This document shows, one piece after another, positions 18,283-27,180 of a stretch of DNA of 64,000 bases. Location of the stretch: contig JAJXZJ010000060.1 in NCBI GenBank assembly GCA_021780105.1, positions 74,691-138,690 on the forward strand, given 5' to 3'. Origin of the DNA: a bacterium. Its GTDB lineage: Bacteria; Verrucomicrobiota; Verrucomicrobiia; Limisphaerales; J093. Both the position numbers and the translations under genes were made by a program. Under the pieces are notes generated by a model. It searched no databases. It was not told the origin of the DNA and was given only the letters and a program-made list of their open reading frames with translations. Within the stretch, counting starts at the first letter, position 1. Each line of letters opens with the position of its first letter.

Positions 18283-19475
18283 TGGCCGCAGTCCCGCAAG
18301 CTCCTCTCGTCGCCATCGCGTGTGGCGGTACCGGCGGACACTTGTTCCCCGGCCTCGCGGTGGCGGAATCGCTGACCGCCCGCGGCTGCGACGTGCTGTT
18401 GCTGGTGTCCTCGAAGGAAGTGGACCAGCAGGCGGTGAAATCCGCCGTCGGCATGAGCGTGGCCACCCTGCAGGCGGTGGCGTGCGAACGCGGCCGTTGG
18501 GTCGCCTTCTTCCACGGGTTGCTCGACTCCTACCGGCAGGCGCGCGCCCTGTTCCGTCCGCGTCCGCCCGCCGCCGTGCTGGCAATGGGCGGCTTCACGA
18601 GCGTGGCGCCGGTGCTGGCGGGCCGGCACTTCCGCGCCGCGCGTTTTCTGCACGAAGCCAACGCCGTTCCCGGCCGCGCGAACCGCTGGCTCGCGCATGT
18701 CGTGGACAAGGCGTTTGTCTATTTTCCCGAAGCCGCCGGCCGGCTCTGGCACCCGAACGTGCGCATCACCGGCATGCCGGTCCGCCCGCAGTTCCAGCCG
18801 CTCGACGCCGAGTCCTGCCGCGCCGCGCTGGGTCTGCATCCGCACCGGCCGGTGCTGCTGGTCACCGGCGGCAGCCAGGGGGCGCGCGGCATCAACCAGG
18901 CCGTGCTCGCCGCGCTGCCGGCGCTCGTGGCCGCGGAGCCGATGCTGCAATACATTCACCTCACCGGTCCGCGCGACGCCGACCAAGTGCGTGCGGCTTA
19001 TGCCGCGGCGGGTTGCCGCGCGCTGGTGCAGCCGTTTTTGACGGAAATGGAACTGGCTTTCGGCGCCGCCACGCTCGCGGTCAGCCGCGCCGGCGCGTCC
19101 TCGCTCGCCGAGCAGGCTGCCGTGCGCGTGCCCGCCATCCTGATTCCCTTTCCGGCCGCGGCGGACAACCACCAGCTTCACAACGCGCGGGCCTTTGTGG
19201 CCACGGGCGCGGCCCGCCTGTTGACGGAGGCGGAGGCCGCGCCGCCGAAGCTGTTGTGGGAAATCCGCCATCTGCTGAACGACGAGCCGTTCCGCCAGGC
19301 GTTGCGCGTGGCCTTGCGCCGCTGGTATGCGCGCGACGCCGCCGACGCGGTGGCCGAGTTCATTCTGCGCGCGCTGCCGCCGCTCCCGGCGCAGACGACA
19401 ACGCCAAGGTCCGACCGCAAGCCGGTCATCGCGCCAACGGGCGTCAAGGCCGCGGCGAAAATCATCCCGCCATGA
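18282..19475 (+). CDS. murG: UDP-GlcNAc:lipid I GlcNAc transferase
   Basis: ATG 18282 overlaps the ftsW stop. ..IACGGTGGHLFPGLAVAE.. and ..VTGGSQGA.. are MurG hallmarks. Confidence 0.9.
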   Translation: MAAVPQAPLVAIACGGTGGHLFPGLAVAESLTARGCDVLLLVSSKEVDQQAVKSAVGMSVATLQAVACERGRWVAFFHGLLDSYRQARALFRPRPPAAVLAMGGFTSVAPVLAGRHFRAARFLHEANAVPGRANRWLAHVVDKAFVYFPEAAGRLWHPNVRITGMPVRPQFQPLDAESCRAALGLHPHRPVLLVTGGSQGARGINQAVLAALPALVAAEPMLQYIHLTGPRDADQVRAAYAAAGCRALVQPFLTEMELAFGAATLAVSRAGASSLAEQAAVRVPAILIPFPAAADNHQLHNARAFVATGAARLLTEAEAAPPKLLWEIRHLLNDEPFRQALRVALRRWYARDAADAVAEFILRALPPLPAQTTTPRSDRKPVIAPTGVKAAAKIIPP

Positions 19476-20407
19476 TCGCCGCGCTGTCCCATCGAGCCAA
19501 GGCCGCTCCCGCGGGGGAACTGGCGGCGCGGCTGTCCGCGGCGTCGGTCGTGCGGGCGGACGAACCGTTGGCCGGCCGCACGACCTTGCGGGTGGGCGGC
19601 CCGGCGGATGTTTACGTGGAACCGGCGGACGAGGCCGATCTCGCCGCGGGGCTGGCGTTTTGCCGCGAGCGTGGTTTGCGGTGGTTGTTGCTCGGCCGGG
19701 GATCGAACCTGCTCGTGCGCGACGGCGGTTTTCGCGGGGTCGTCATTTGTCTGGCGCAGGCGTCGTTTGCCCGTGTCGCAGTCAACGGCACGACGCTGGC
19801 CGCCGGTGCGGGCGCGCGGTTGAAAACCGTGGCGGTCGAGGCGCGCCGGCACGGGCTGGGCGGGTTGGAATTTCTGGAAGGCATTCCCGGCAGCGTGGGC
19901 GGCGCGTTGCGCATGAACGCCGGCGCGATGAACGCCTGGACCTTCGAGGTGCTGGAACGGGTGCGGTTCATGGCGCCGGATGGTGCGGTTCACGAGCGGC
20001 CGGCGGCGGCGTTGCCGGCACGCTATCGTGGTTGCCCGTTGTTCACGGATCACGTCGCGCTGGAGGCGGTGTTCCGCGGCCGGCCGGCCGACGAGGCGGC
20101 GATCCGGCAGACGATGGAAACGTTCAACCGGAAGCGATGGGAGAGCCAGCCGCCGCAGCCCAGCGCCGGGTGTATGTTCAAAAACCCGGCGGCGATGCCG
20201 GCGGGCAGGCTTATTGACCAGCTCGGCTTGAAAGGCGCGCGGGTCGGCGGCGCGATGGTTTCCGACGTTCACGCGAACTTCATCGTGAACGAAGGCGGCG
20301 CGACGGCCGGCGACGTGCTGGCGCTGATCACGCGGATTCGCGAGCGGGTGCGGTCGGAGCGGGGAATCGAGTTGGAGACGGAAGTGGAAATCGTCGGCGA
20401 GGATTGA
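19472..20407 (+). CDS. murB: UDP-N-acetylenolpyruvoylglucosamine reductase
   Basis: ATG 19472 overlaps the murG stop (ATGA). FAD-binding ..TTLRVGGPAD..LLLGRGSNLLV.. and a C-terminal ..SAGCMFKNP.. motif. Confidence 0.9.
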   Translation: MIAALSHRAKAAPAGELAARLSAASVVRADEPLAGRTTLRVGGPADVYVEPADEADLAAGLAFCRERGLRWLLLGRGSNLLVRDGGFRGVVICLAQASFARVAVNGTTLAAGAGARLKTVAVEARRHGLGGLEFLEGIPGSVGGALRMNAGAMNAWTFEVLERVRFMAPDGAVHERPAAALPARYRGCPLFTDHVALEAVFRGRPADEAAIRQTMETFNRKRWESQPPQPSAGCMFKNPAAMPAGRLIDQLGLKGARVGGAMVSDVHANFIVNEGGATAGDVLALITRIRERVRSERGIELETEVEIVGED

Positions 20408-20436
20408 GATCCGTCGGCGGCAACGAGTTTTTGACG

Positions 20437-21360
20437 ATGGCGCAGAAATGGAAGATCACGGTGATGGCGGGCGGGCCGTCCGCGGAGCGGGAGGTGTCGC
20501 TGCGCTCGGGCGCGGCCGTGGCCAGGGCGCTCGCGGGCCTGGGACATGACGTGGCGAGCCTCGATCCCGCGGCGAACGGCGGATGGTCGTTGCCCGCGGG
20601 CACGGACGCGGTGTTTCTGGCGCTGCACGGAACCTACGGCGAGGACGGCACGGTGCAGCGGCAACTCGACGCGCTGGGCGTGCCCTACACGGGCTGCGGC
20701 GCCGAGGCCAGCCGCATTGCGTTCGACAAGGCCGCCACGAAGGACCGCTGTCGGGCGGCCGGCGTGCCGACGGCGCGGTTCACGGTGTTGCGGGCGCCCG
20801 TGACGGAGTGGCCGGCCGGCTGGCAGCCGCCGGTGGTGTTGAAGCCCGTGCGGCAGGGTTCCAGCGTGGGGCTGCACTTCGTGAACGAGCCGGCCGCGTT
20901 GGCGGCGGCGTTGCGCGACGCGCTGCGGTTCGACACGGAAGTGCTGATGGAAGAGCGGATTTCTGGGCGCGAAACCACGGTGGGTATTTTGGAAGACCGT
21001 GCGCTGCCGGTCGTTGAGGTGCGGCCGCACCAGGGCGCTTACGACTACCACAACAAATACACGACCGGCGCCACGGAATATCTGGTGCCGGCGCCCTTCG
21101 ACGCGGCCACGACGGCGCGCGTGCAGGCCGCGGCGCTGGGGGCGTTTTGCGCGGTGGACGGGCGCGATTACGCGCGGGTGGACGTGATGGTGCGGCCGGA
21201 CGGCTCGCCGGTGGTGCTGGAGGTGAACACGCTGCCGGGCATGACGGAATTGAGCCTGCTGCCGAAGGCGGCGGCGGCGGCGGGCCTGGGCTTTGCCGGC
21301 TTGTGCGAGAAGATGGTCGAACTGGCGCTCCGGCACCCCGGCGGGGCGCGGCGGATTTGA
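20437..21360 (+). CDS. ddl: D-alanine--D-alanine ligase
   Basis: ATG 20437 (the track start 20404 is TTG). ..MAGGPSAEREVSLRSG.., ..LHGTYGEDGTVQ.., ..LEVNTLPGMT.. ATP-grasp fold. Confidence 0.9.
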   Translation: MAQKWKITVMAGGPSAEREVSLRSGAAVARALAGLGHDVASLDPAANGGWSLPAGTDAVFLALHGTYGEDGTVQRQLDALGVPYTGCGAEASRIAFDKAATKDRCRAAGVPTARFTVLRAPVTEWPAGWQPPVVLKPVRQGSSVGLHFVNEPAALAAALRDALRFDTEVLMEERISGRETTVGILEDRALPVVEVRPHQGAYDYHNKYTTGATEYLVPAPFDAATTARVQAAALGAFCAVDGRDYARVDVMVRPDGSPVVLEVNTLPGMTELSLLPKAAAAAGLGFAGLCEKMVELALRHPGGARRI

Positions 21361-21367
21361 AAACAAC

Positions 21368-22345
21368 ATGGCGTTTGGCCAACGCAAATCCAGAAAACGG
21401 CGGTTCGAGCGGACGGACGTGCTCGACGTGCGGTTGCGCGCGGAGCCACTGAAGCGGGCGCGGCGGCGCATGCTGGTCCGCGCGCTGGGCTGGGCGGTGG
21501 TCGCCACGGTGGCGATCCTGTTCGCCGGCGAAGCGTGGCGCCAGCTCCGCGAGCGGGTCCTCCGCGACACCCGATTCTTCACCTTGAAGACGATCGAGAT
21601 TGACACCGACGGCGACTGGGTGACGCCCGCGCAAGTGCGCCAGTGGGCGGGCGTGGCGGAGGGGGACAACCTGGTGTTGATTGACCTGGAGCGGGTGAAG
21701 AGCGACCTGCTCGTGGTGCCGCAGATTGAAACGGTGTCCGTGGAGCGCGTGCTGCCGCACCTGCTGCGCCTGCGGATTCACGAGCGCCGGCCGGTGGCGC
21801 GGGTGCAGGGCCTGGTGTGGACGGAGGACGGCCTGCTGGCGCCCGCCATGCACTACGTGGACGCCCAGGGCATGGTGATGCCGTCCCTGGCCGGTCAGTC
21901 CCTGACCGAGGTGAAGCAGCGGCAGCTCGCCGCGTTGCCGGTCATTTGCGGCGCCGCGAACGAAGACCTGGCCGACGGCAAATTCCTGCCGTCGCACTGC
22001 GCGACACGCGACGCGCTGAAGCTGCTCGTGGCGTTCGCGCAATCGCCGATGGCCGGGCTGGTGCGGCTGGAAACCGTGGACCTGGTCGAGCCGGGGATTT
22101 TGGCCGTGACCACCACGGACGGCAGCGAGGTGACGTTCGGCCGGGGCGACTTTGCCTTCGAACTCCGCCGGTGGCGGGTCGTGACGGACGCCGCGCGCAA
22201 GCTCTCCAAAACCATCGCCTCGCTTGACCTGTCGGTCACCAACAATTGTCCGGTCCTCTGGGTGGAGGATCTGGCCGCGCCGGCGGCGCCGGACAAAACC
22301 GCCAAACCCGGCTCCAATCGGAGGCAGCGTGAGAAACATGTTTAG
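21368..22345 (+). CDS. ftsQ: cell division protein FtsQ (POTRA)
   Basis: ATG 21368. Basic N-terminus, one TM segment (ALGWAVVATVAILFAG) and a POTRA-like region (..LKTIEIDTDGDWVTPAQVRQWAGV..). Position between ddl and ftsA. Confidence 0.7.
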   Translation: MAFGQRKSRKRRFERTDVLDVRLRAEPLKRARRRMLVRALGWAVVATVAILFAGEAWRQLRERVLRDTRFFTLKTIEIDTDGDWVTPAQVRQWAGVAEGDNLVLIDLERVKSDLLVVPQIETVSVERVLPHLLRLRIHERRPVARVQGLVWTEDGLLAPAMHYVDAQGMVMPSLAGQSLTEVKQRQLAALPVICGAANEDLADGKFLPSHCATRDALKLLVAFAQSPMAGLVRLETVDLVEPGILAVTTTDGSEVTFGRGDFAFELRRWRVVTDAARKLSKTIASLDLSVTNNCPVLWVEDLAAPAAPDKTAKPGSNRRQREKHV

Positions 22346-23564
22346 CCCCAATCCCAACACCATCACCGGCCTCGAAATCGGCACCTCGAAAGTGTGCGCG
22401 GTGGTCGGCAACCTCAGCCCCGAGGGCACGCTGGGCATCGTCGGCGTCGGCCAGGCCCGCTCGCGCGGCGTCCGCAAGGGCGAGATCGTGGACGCCACCA
22501 CGGCGGCCGAGGACATTCGCAACGCCCTCGCCGAGGCCGAGCAAATGGCGGACGTGGAGGTGCGCAGCATTTACCTCGGCGTCAGCGGCGCGCACCTGCG
22601 CGGCTTCAACAACCGCGGCCGGCACAACATCCCGTCCGTGGACCGCGACATCACCGAGGAGGACGTGCAGGACGTTTTGAAAAATGCCAAGGCCATCAAT
22701 CTGCCCGCCGAAAACCACGTCATCCACGTCGTCCGCCAGCATTTCATCGTGGACGGGCAGGAGGGCATTCTCAACCCGGTCGGCATGCTCGGCGCGCATC
22801 TGGAGGTGGACGTCCATGTGGTTCACGGCGTCACCAACCGGCTGCAAAATCCGATCCGCGCCGTCAAGGGTTTGCAGCTTGAGGTCGAGGACATTGTCTT
22901 CAACGGCATGGCCTCCTCGCTGGCCGTGCTCGGCGCGCAGGAAAAGGAGCTGGGCGCGCTGGTCATTGACCTCGGCGCGGGCGTGACCGAATACGTCGTC
23001 TATGCCGACGGCATCATCAAGCACACCGGCGTCCTCGCCGTCGGCGGCGACCACGTCACCAACGACCTCGCCTACGGCCTGAAAATTTCAATGAGCCGCG
23101 CCGAGGCGCTGAAGATCGAGCACGGCAGCGCGGTGGTGGACCCCGCGGTGAAGGGCCAGACTGTCAGTCTCAACAACGATCACGGACTGCCCGAACGCTC
23201 CCTGAACCTTGAACACCTCCGCCGCATCATGTCGCTGCGCGTTGAGGAAATCTTTGAGATCATCGCCGACGAAGTGGAGAACGCAGGCCTGCTCGACTAC
23301 CTCCGCGCCGGCGTGTTTCTGTGCGGCGGCGGCGCGCGCATCCCGCACGTCCAGCGCCTCGGCGAGCGCGTCTTCGGGCTGCCGGTTTCCCTCGGCCGCA
23401 CCAAGACCATCAGCGGCATGGTCGCCACGCTCGACCAGCCGGAGTTCGCCGCGGCGATCGGCCTGGTCAAGTTCGGCTCGTTCCAGCAGGACCGCCATCG
23501 CCGGCGCGGTCCCTGGCTGAACCGGGTCAAGTCCACCCTTACCCAGATTTTGCAACGTGATTGA
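22338..23564 (+). CDS. ftsA: cell division protein FtsA
   Basis: ATG 22338 overlaps the ftsQ end by 8 nt. Actin-like ATPase motifs ..GLEIGTSKVCAVVG.., ..VIDLGAGVTE.., ..LCGGGARIP.. Confidence 0.9.
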   Translation: MFSPNPNTITGLEIGTSKVCAVVGNLSPEGTLGIVGVGQARSRGVRKGEIVDATTAAEDIRNALAEAEQMADVEVRSIYLGVSGAHLRGFNNRGRHNIPSVDRDITEEDVQDVLKNAKAINLPAENHVIHVVRQHFIVDGQEGILNPVGMLGAHLEVDVHVVHGVTNRLQNPIRAVKGLQLEVEDIVFNGMASSLAVLGAQEKELGALVIDLGAGVTEYVVYADGIIKHTGVLAVGGDHVTNDLAYGLKISMSRAEALKIEHGSAVVDPAVKGQTVSLNNDHGLPERSLNLEHLRRIMSLRVEEIFEIIADEVENAGLLDYLRAGVFLCGGGARIPHVQRLGERVFGLPVSLGRTKTISGMVATLDQPEFAAAIGLVKFGSFQQDRHRRRGPWLNRVKSTLTQILQRD

Positions 23565-23583
23565 ACCGCTCCCCGGAGGCAGC

Positions 23584-24912
23584 ATGACAACCGAGATTCC
23601 TTCACCCGCCGCCGCGCCGGCACCCAAGAAAACGCCCGCCGTCCAGGTCGTCGGGGTCGGCGGCGCCGGCCTGCAGGCCGTGGCGCTCATGGCACAGGCC
23701 GGCCTGAGCGATCTCACGTTCGCCGGCGTTCACACGGACGCCCGGCTGCTGGCGGTGTCGCCGCTGCCGCGCAAGTTGCTCCTTGGCGCCAGCCTCACCC
23801 GCGGGCTGGGCGCCGGCGGCGACCCGGACATGGCGCGCGCCGCGGCCGAGGCCGAGGCGGCGGCGTTGCGGGAACTTTGCGCCGGGGCGGATTTGCTGCT
23901 CGTCGTTGCCGGCCTGGGCAAGGGCACCGGCTCGGGCGCCGCGCCGGTGCTGGCGCGCCTGGCCCGCGAGAACGGGGCGCTGGTGCTCGCCCTGGCGGCG
24001 CTGCCGTTCGACTTCGAGGGCCGTCGCCGTCAGCAGCAGGCGGAACAGGCCCTCCAGCAGCTCAAAAAGGCCGCGGATGCCGTGATTTGCCTGCCGAACC
24101 AAAAGGTGGCGGGGATGATGGACGAGAACACGACGCTGGTGGAAACCTTCAAGTTCACGAACGAAATGCTCGTCAACGGCGTGCGCGGTCTCTGGCGCCT
24201 GGTCACGCGCGACGGCCTGGTGAAAGCTGATTTCGCCGATCTCTGCCACGTCGTCCGCGGCCGGCAGGCAGAGAGCTGTTTTGCCACCGCGGAAGCGATG
24301 GGCGAAAACCGCGCCCGCGAGGTGGTCGAACAAGTCCTCGCCAGCCCGATGCTTGACAGCGGTCGGTTGCTCGCCGGGGCCGACGCGGTGCTGGTCAGCC
24401 TCGCTGGCGGCGCCGACCTCAAGCAAAAGGAAGTCAACCAGGTCATGGAGCAGATCAACCGCCTGTGCGAAAACGCCGACCTTATCGTCGGCGCCGCCGT
24501 GGACGCGGAATTTGCCGGCCGGCTGTCGCTGACGCTCGTGGCCGCGCGCCGGAGCCATCCGGAAACCGCGCCGGCGGACGAAGCCCCGCCCGCGCCGGCG
24601 GAACCGGTGCCGCCGGCGTCGGAGTTTCCGACCGGCGAGGCGGCGTTGGGCGCCGACGCGAGCGTGCCGGCGCGTTCGCTGCAACGTTACGTGCCACCGC
24701 CGCCGGACCTGACGCCGGAAATGGCCGAGCGCCTGTTGAACCGGCAGGCCGGTGCCGGCAGCCGGCGCAAGAAGGGCGCGGGGCTGCGCCAGGAAATGCT
24801 GCCGCTGGAGGTCGTGTCGAAGGGCCGCTTCGCCAAGAGCGAGCCGACCATCCACCGCGGCGAGGACCTGGACACGCCCACCTACATCCGGCGCGGCGTG
24901 GCGTTGAACTGA
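23584..24912 (+). CDS. ftsZ: cell division GTPase FtsZ (divergent)
   Basis: ATG 23584 is preceded by GGAGG (23575-23579). Tubulin/FtsZ fold: ..VVGVGGAGLQAV.., ..AGLGKGTGSGAAPV.., ..LPFDFEGRRR.., T7-like ..GLVKADFADL.., and a C-terminal peptide ..DLDTPTYIRRG.. An alternative GTG lies at 23557. Confidence 0.85.
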   Translation: MTTEIPSPAAAPAPKKTPAVQVVGVGGAGLQAVALMAQAGLSDLTFAGVHTDARLLAVSPLPRKLLLGASLTRGLGAGGDPDMARAAAEAEAAALRELCAGADLLLVVAGLGKGTGSGAAPVLARLARENGALVLALAALPFDFEGRRRQQQAEQALQQLKKAADAVICLPNQKVAGMMDENTTLVETFKFTNEMLVNGVRGLWRLVTRDGLVKADFADLCHVVRGRQAESCFATAEAMGENRAREVVEQVLASPMLDSGRLLAGADAVLVSLAGGADLKQKEVNQVMEQINRLCENADLIVGAAVDAEFAGRLSLTLVAARRSHPETAPADEAPPAPAEPVPPASEFPTGEAALGADASVPARSLQRYVPPPPDLTPEMAERLLNRQAGAGSRRKKGAGLRQEMLPLEVVSKGRFAKSEPTIHRGEDLDTPTYIRRGVALN

Positions 24913-24942
24913 GCGCCACCACGGCCGGGCGTCGAATCCAGT

Positions 24943-24970
24943 TTGCACATCAGGCACGGGCCGCTAACCT
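24943..24970 (+). promoter_or_regulatory. sigma70-like promoter of pta (leaderless layout)
   Basis: TTGCAC 24943-24948, 16-nt spacer, TAACCT 24965-24970, then 6 nt to ATG 24977. Confidence 0.45.
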
Positions 24971-24976
24971 CTGGCC

Positions 24977-26029
24977 ATGCGTTTCATTGGCAGCATCATT
25001 GAGAAACTGCAGCGACACCCCAAGCGCGTGGTGTTTCCGGAAGGCACGGAGCCGCGCGTGCTCCAGGCGGCCCGGCAGTTCCACTCGCTGCGACTGGGCG
25101 CGCCCATTTTGCTGGGCGACCGCACCCGGGTGAAGCGGGTTGCCGCCAGCTTGAACGTTTCGCTGGAAGGCGTGCGCGTGATCAATCCGGCCGAGAGCGA
25201 GGACCTGGATTCGTTCGTGGAGCGGTTGCTGATGCTGCGCCGCTCGAAGGGCGTGCAGGAAAAGGAGGCGCGCGAGGCCATGCTCAAGCCGAATTATTTC
25301 GGCGCCATGATGGTCGCCATGCACCAGGCGGACGGGCTGGTTTCCGGCACGAACGAGATCACCGGCAGCGTCCTGCGTCCGCTGTTTCAGATCATCAAGG
25401 TGGCGCCGCACACGACCACGGCGTCGAGCTGCATGGTCATGGAGGTGGAGAATTCGCGGCTGGGCGAGGACGGGGTGCTGTTCATGGCGGACTGCGGCGT
25501 GATTCCGGACCCGACGGTGGACCAACTGGCGGACATCGCGGTGGCGACGGCGGACCTGGCGCGGCATCTGTTGAATGTGCGGCCGCGGGTGGCGTTGCTC
25601 TCGTTTTCCACGAAAGGCAGCGCCACGCATCCGAGCATCGGCAAGGTGCAGGCGGCGACGGCGCTGGCGCAGCAGAAGGCGTCGCAGAAGGGACTGGAGG
25701 CGGATTTTGACGGCGAGCTGCAAATAGACGCGGCCCTGGTGCCGGACATCGCCCAGCGCAAGGTGCCGGAAAGCCAGGTGGCCGGCCGGGCCAACGTGCT
25801 GGTGTTCCCCGACCTGAATTCCGGCAACATCGGCAGCAAACTGGTGCGGCTGGTCGGCCGGGCCAACGCCTACGGCCAGATTTTGCTCGGCCTGGACCGC
25901 CCGGCGGCCGATGTTTCCCGCGGGTCGAACGCGCACGACATTCTCGGCGTGGCCGCGATTGTCGGCGTGCAGGCGATTGATTATCCGGTGCTGTATCCCG
26001 GCGCCGGCCAGAAACTGCCGGGCGAGTAA
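24977..26029 (+). CDS. pta: phosphate acetyltransferase, catalytic (PTA_PTB) domain only
   Basis: 350 aa. ..KRVVFPEGTEPRVLQAA.., ..FPDLNSGNIGSKLV.. are typical of the Pta catalytic domain. Confidence 0.85.
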   Translation: MRFIGSIIEKLQRHPKRVVFPEGTEPRVLQAARQFHSLRLGAPILLGDRTRVKRVAASLNVSLEGVRVINPAESEDLDSFVERLLMLRRSKGVQEKEAREAMLKPNYFGAMMVAMHQADGLVSGTNEITGSVLRPLFQIIKVAPHTTTASSCMVMEVENSRLGEDGVLFMADCGVIPDPTVDQLADIAVATADLARHLLNVRPRVALLSFSTKGSATHPSIGKVQAATALAQQKASQKGLEADFDGELQIDAALVPDIAQRKVPESQVAGRANVLVFPDLNSGNIGSKLVRLVGRANAYGQILLGLDRPAADVSRGSNAHDILGVAAIVGVQAIDYPVLYPGAGQKLPGE

Positions 26030-27159
26030 TGTCCATGAACGCATCCACTCCACGCGTTTTCATCGCGGCGACGCGACAAAACGAAGGCAAGACCACCACC
26101 TCGTTGGGTCTGGCGTCCGCGCTCCAGGCGCATTTCCGGCGCATCGGTTACATCAAGCCCGTGGGCCAGCGGTTCGTGAACGTGGACGCCCAGAAGATTG
26201 ACGAGGACACGATCCTCATGGACCGCGTTTACCAGCTCAAATGCCCGCTGGTGGACATGAGTCCGATCGCCATTGACCCCGACTTCACCCGGAAATACCT
26301 GGAGTCCTCGAACTACGACATCCTCGTCGGGAAGATTCAACAGGCGTTTGACCGCGTGGCGTGGGAGAAGGAATTCGTGCTGGTGGAAGGCTCCGGCCAC
26401 GCCGGCGTCGGCGCGGTGTTTGACCTCTCGAACGCGCGGGTGGCGAAACTGCTCGACGCGAAAGTCATCATCGTCTCCCAGGGCGGCATCGGCCGGCCCA
26501 TTGACGAGGTCTGCGTCAACCAGGCGCTCTTCGAGAAGGAAGGCGTCGAGGTGATCGGCGTCATCCTGAACAAGGTGTTGCCGGACAAGCTCGATTACAT
26601 CGCCGACTTCGCGCGCCGCGGCCTGGAGCGGAAGGGCCTTGACCTGCTCGGCGTCCTGCCGCTGCTGGACATCCTGTCGCATCCGACGATGGAGTTGATT
26701 CACGAGGAACTCCGCACGGAAACGCTGAACGAGAGCGACCAGATGGCGAACCTCGTCGAGGAGGTCGTGGTCGGCGCCATGAGCGTGCCCCAGGCGCTGT
26801 GCTGTTTCAAAAAGGGCGTCCTCGTCATCGCGCCGGGCGACCGCGAAGACATCGTGATGGCTGCGGCGACCACGCTCTTTGGCCAGGGTACCGAGGGGCT
26901 GGCGGGCATGTTGCTCACCGGCGGCCAGCGGCCGTCGCCAAGCGTGATGCGCGTGGTGGAAGCGATGCCGTTTCCCGTGCTGCTCTCGAAGGCGGAAACC
27001 TACCGCGTGGCCTCGAAGGTGCATGACCTGACCATCAAAACCCGGCCCACCGACACGCGGAAGATCGAGATCATCCGCGACTTGATCGCCAAGCACGTGG
27101 ACGTGCGAAAGATCATCAAGGCGGTCAAGTCGCCGGCGCCCCTGGCGCTGACGGAATGA
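26029..27159 (+). CDS. Pta N-terminal-type protein (BioD/P-loop-like domain + DRTGG domain)
   Basis: ATG 26029 overlaps the pta stop (TAATG). ..FIAATRQNEGKTTTSLGL.. is a DTBS-like P-loop. ..VIAPGDREDIV.. is DRTGG-like. Together these equal the N-terminal half of class II Pta. Confidence 0.65.
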   Translation: MSMNASTPRVFIAATRQNEGKTTTSLGLASALQAHFRRIGYIKPVGQRFVNVDAQKIDEDTILMDRVYQLKCPLVDMSPIAIDPDFTRKYLESSNYDILVGKIQQAFDRVAWEKEFVLVEGSGHAGVGAVFDLSNARVAKLLDAKVIIVSQGGIGRPIDEVCVNQALFEKEGVEVIGVILNKVLPDKLDYIADFARRGLERKGLDLLGVLPLLDILSHPTMELIHEELRTETLNESDQMANLVEEVVVGAMSVPQALCCFKKGVLVIAPGDREDIVMAAATTLFGQGTEGLAGMLLTGGQRPSPSVMRVVEAMPFPVLLSKAETYRVASKVHDLTIKTRPTDTRKIEIIRDLIAKHVDVRKIIKAVKSPAPLALTE

Positions 27160-27180
27160 CGCCCCGGACGCTGCATTACC

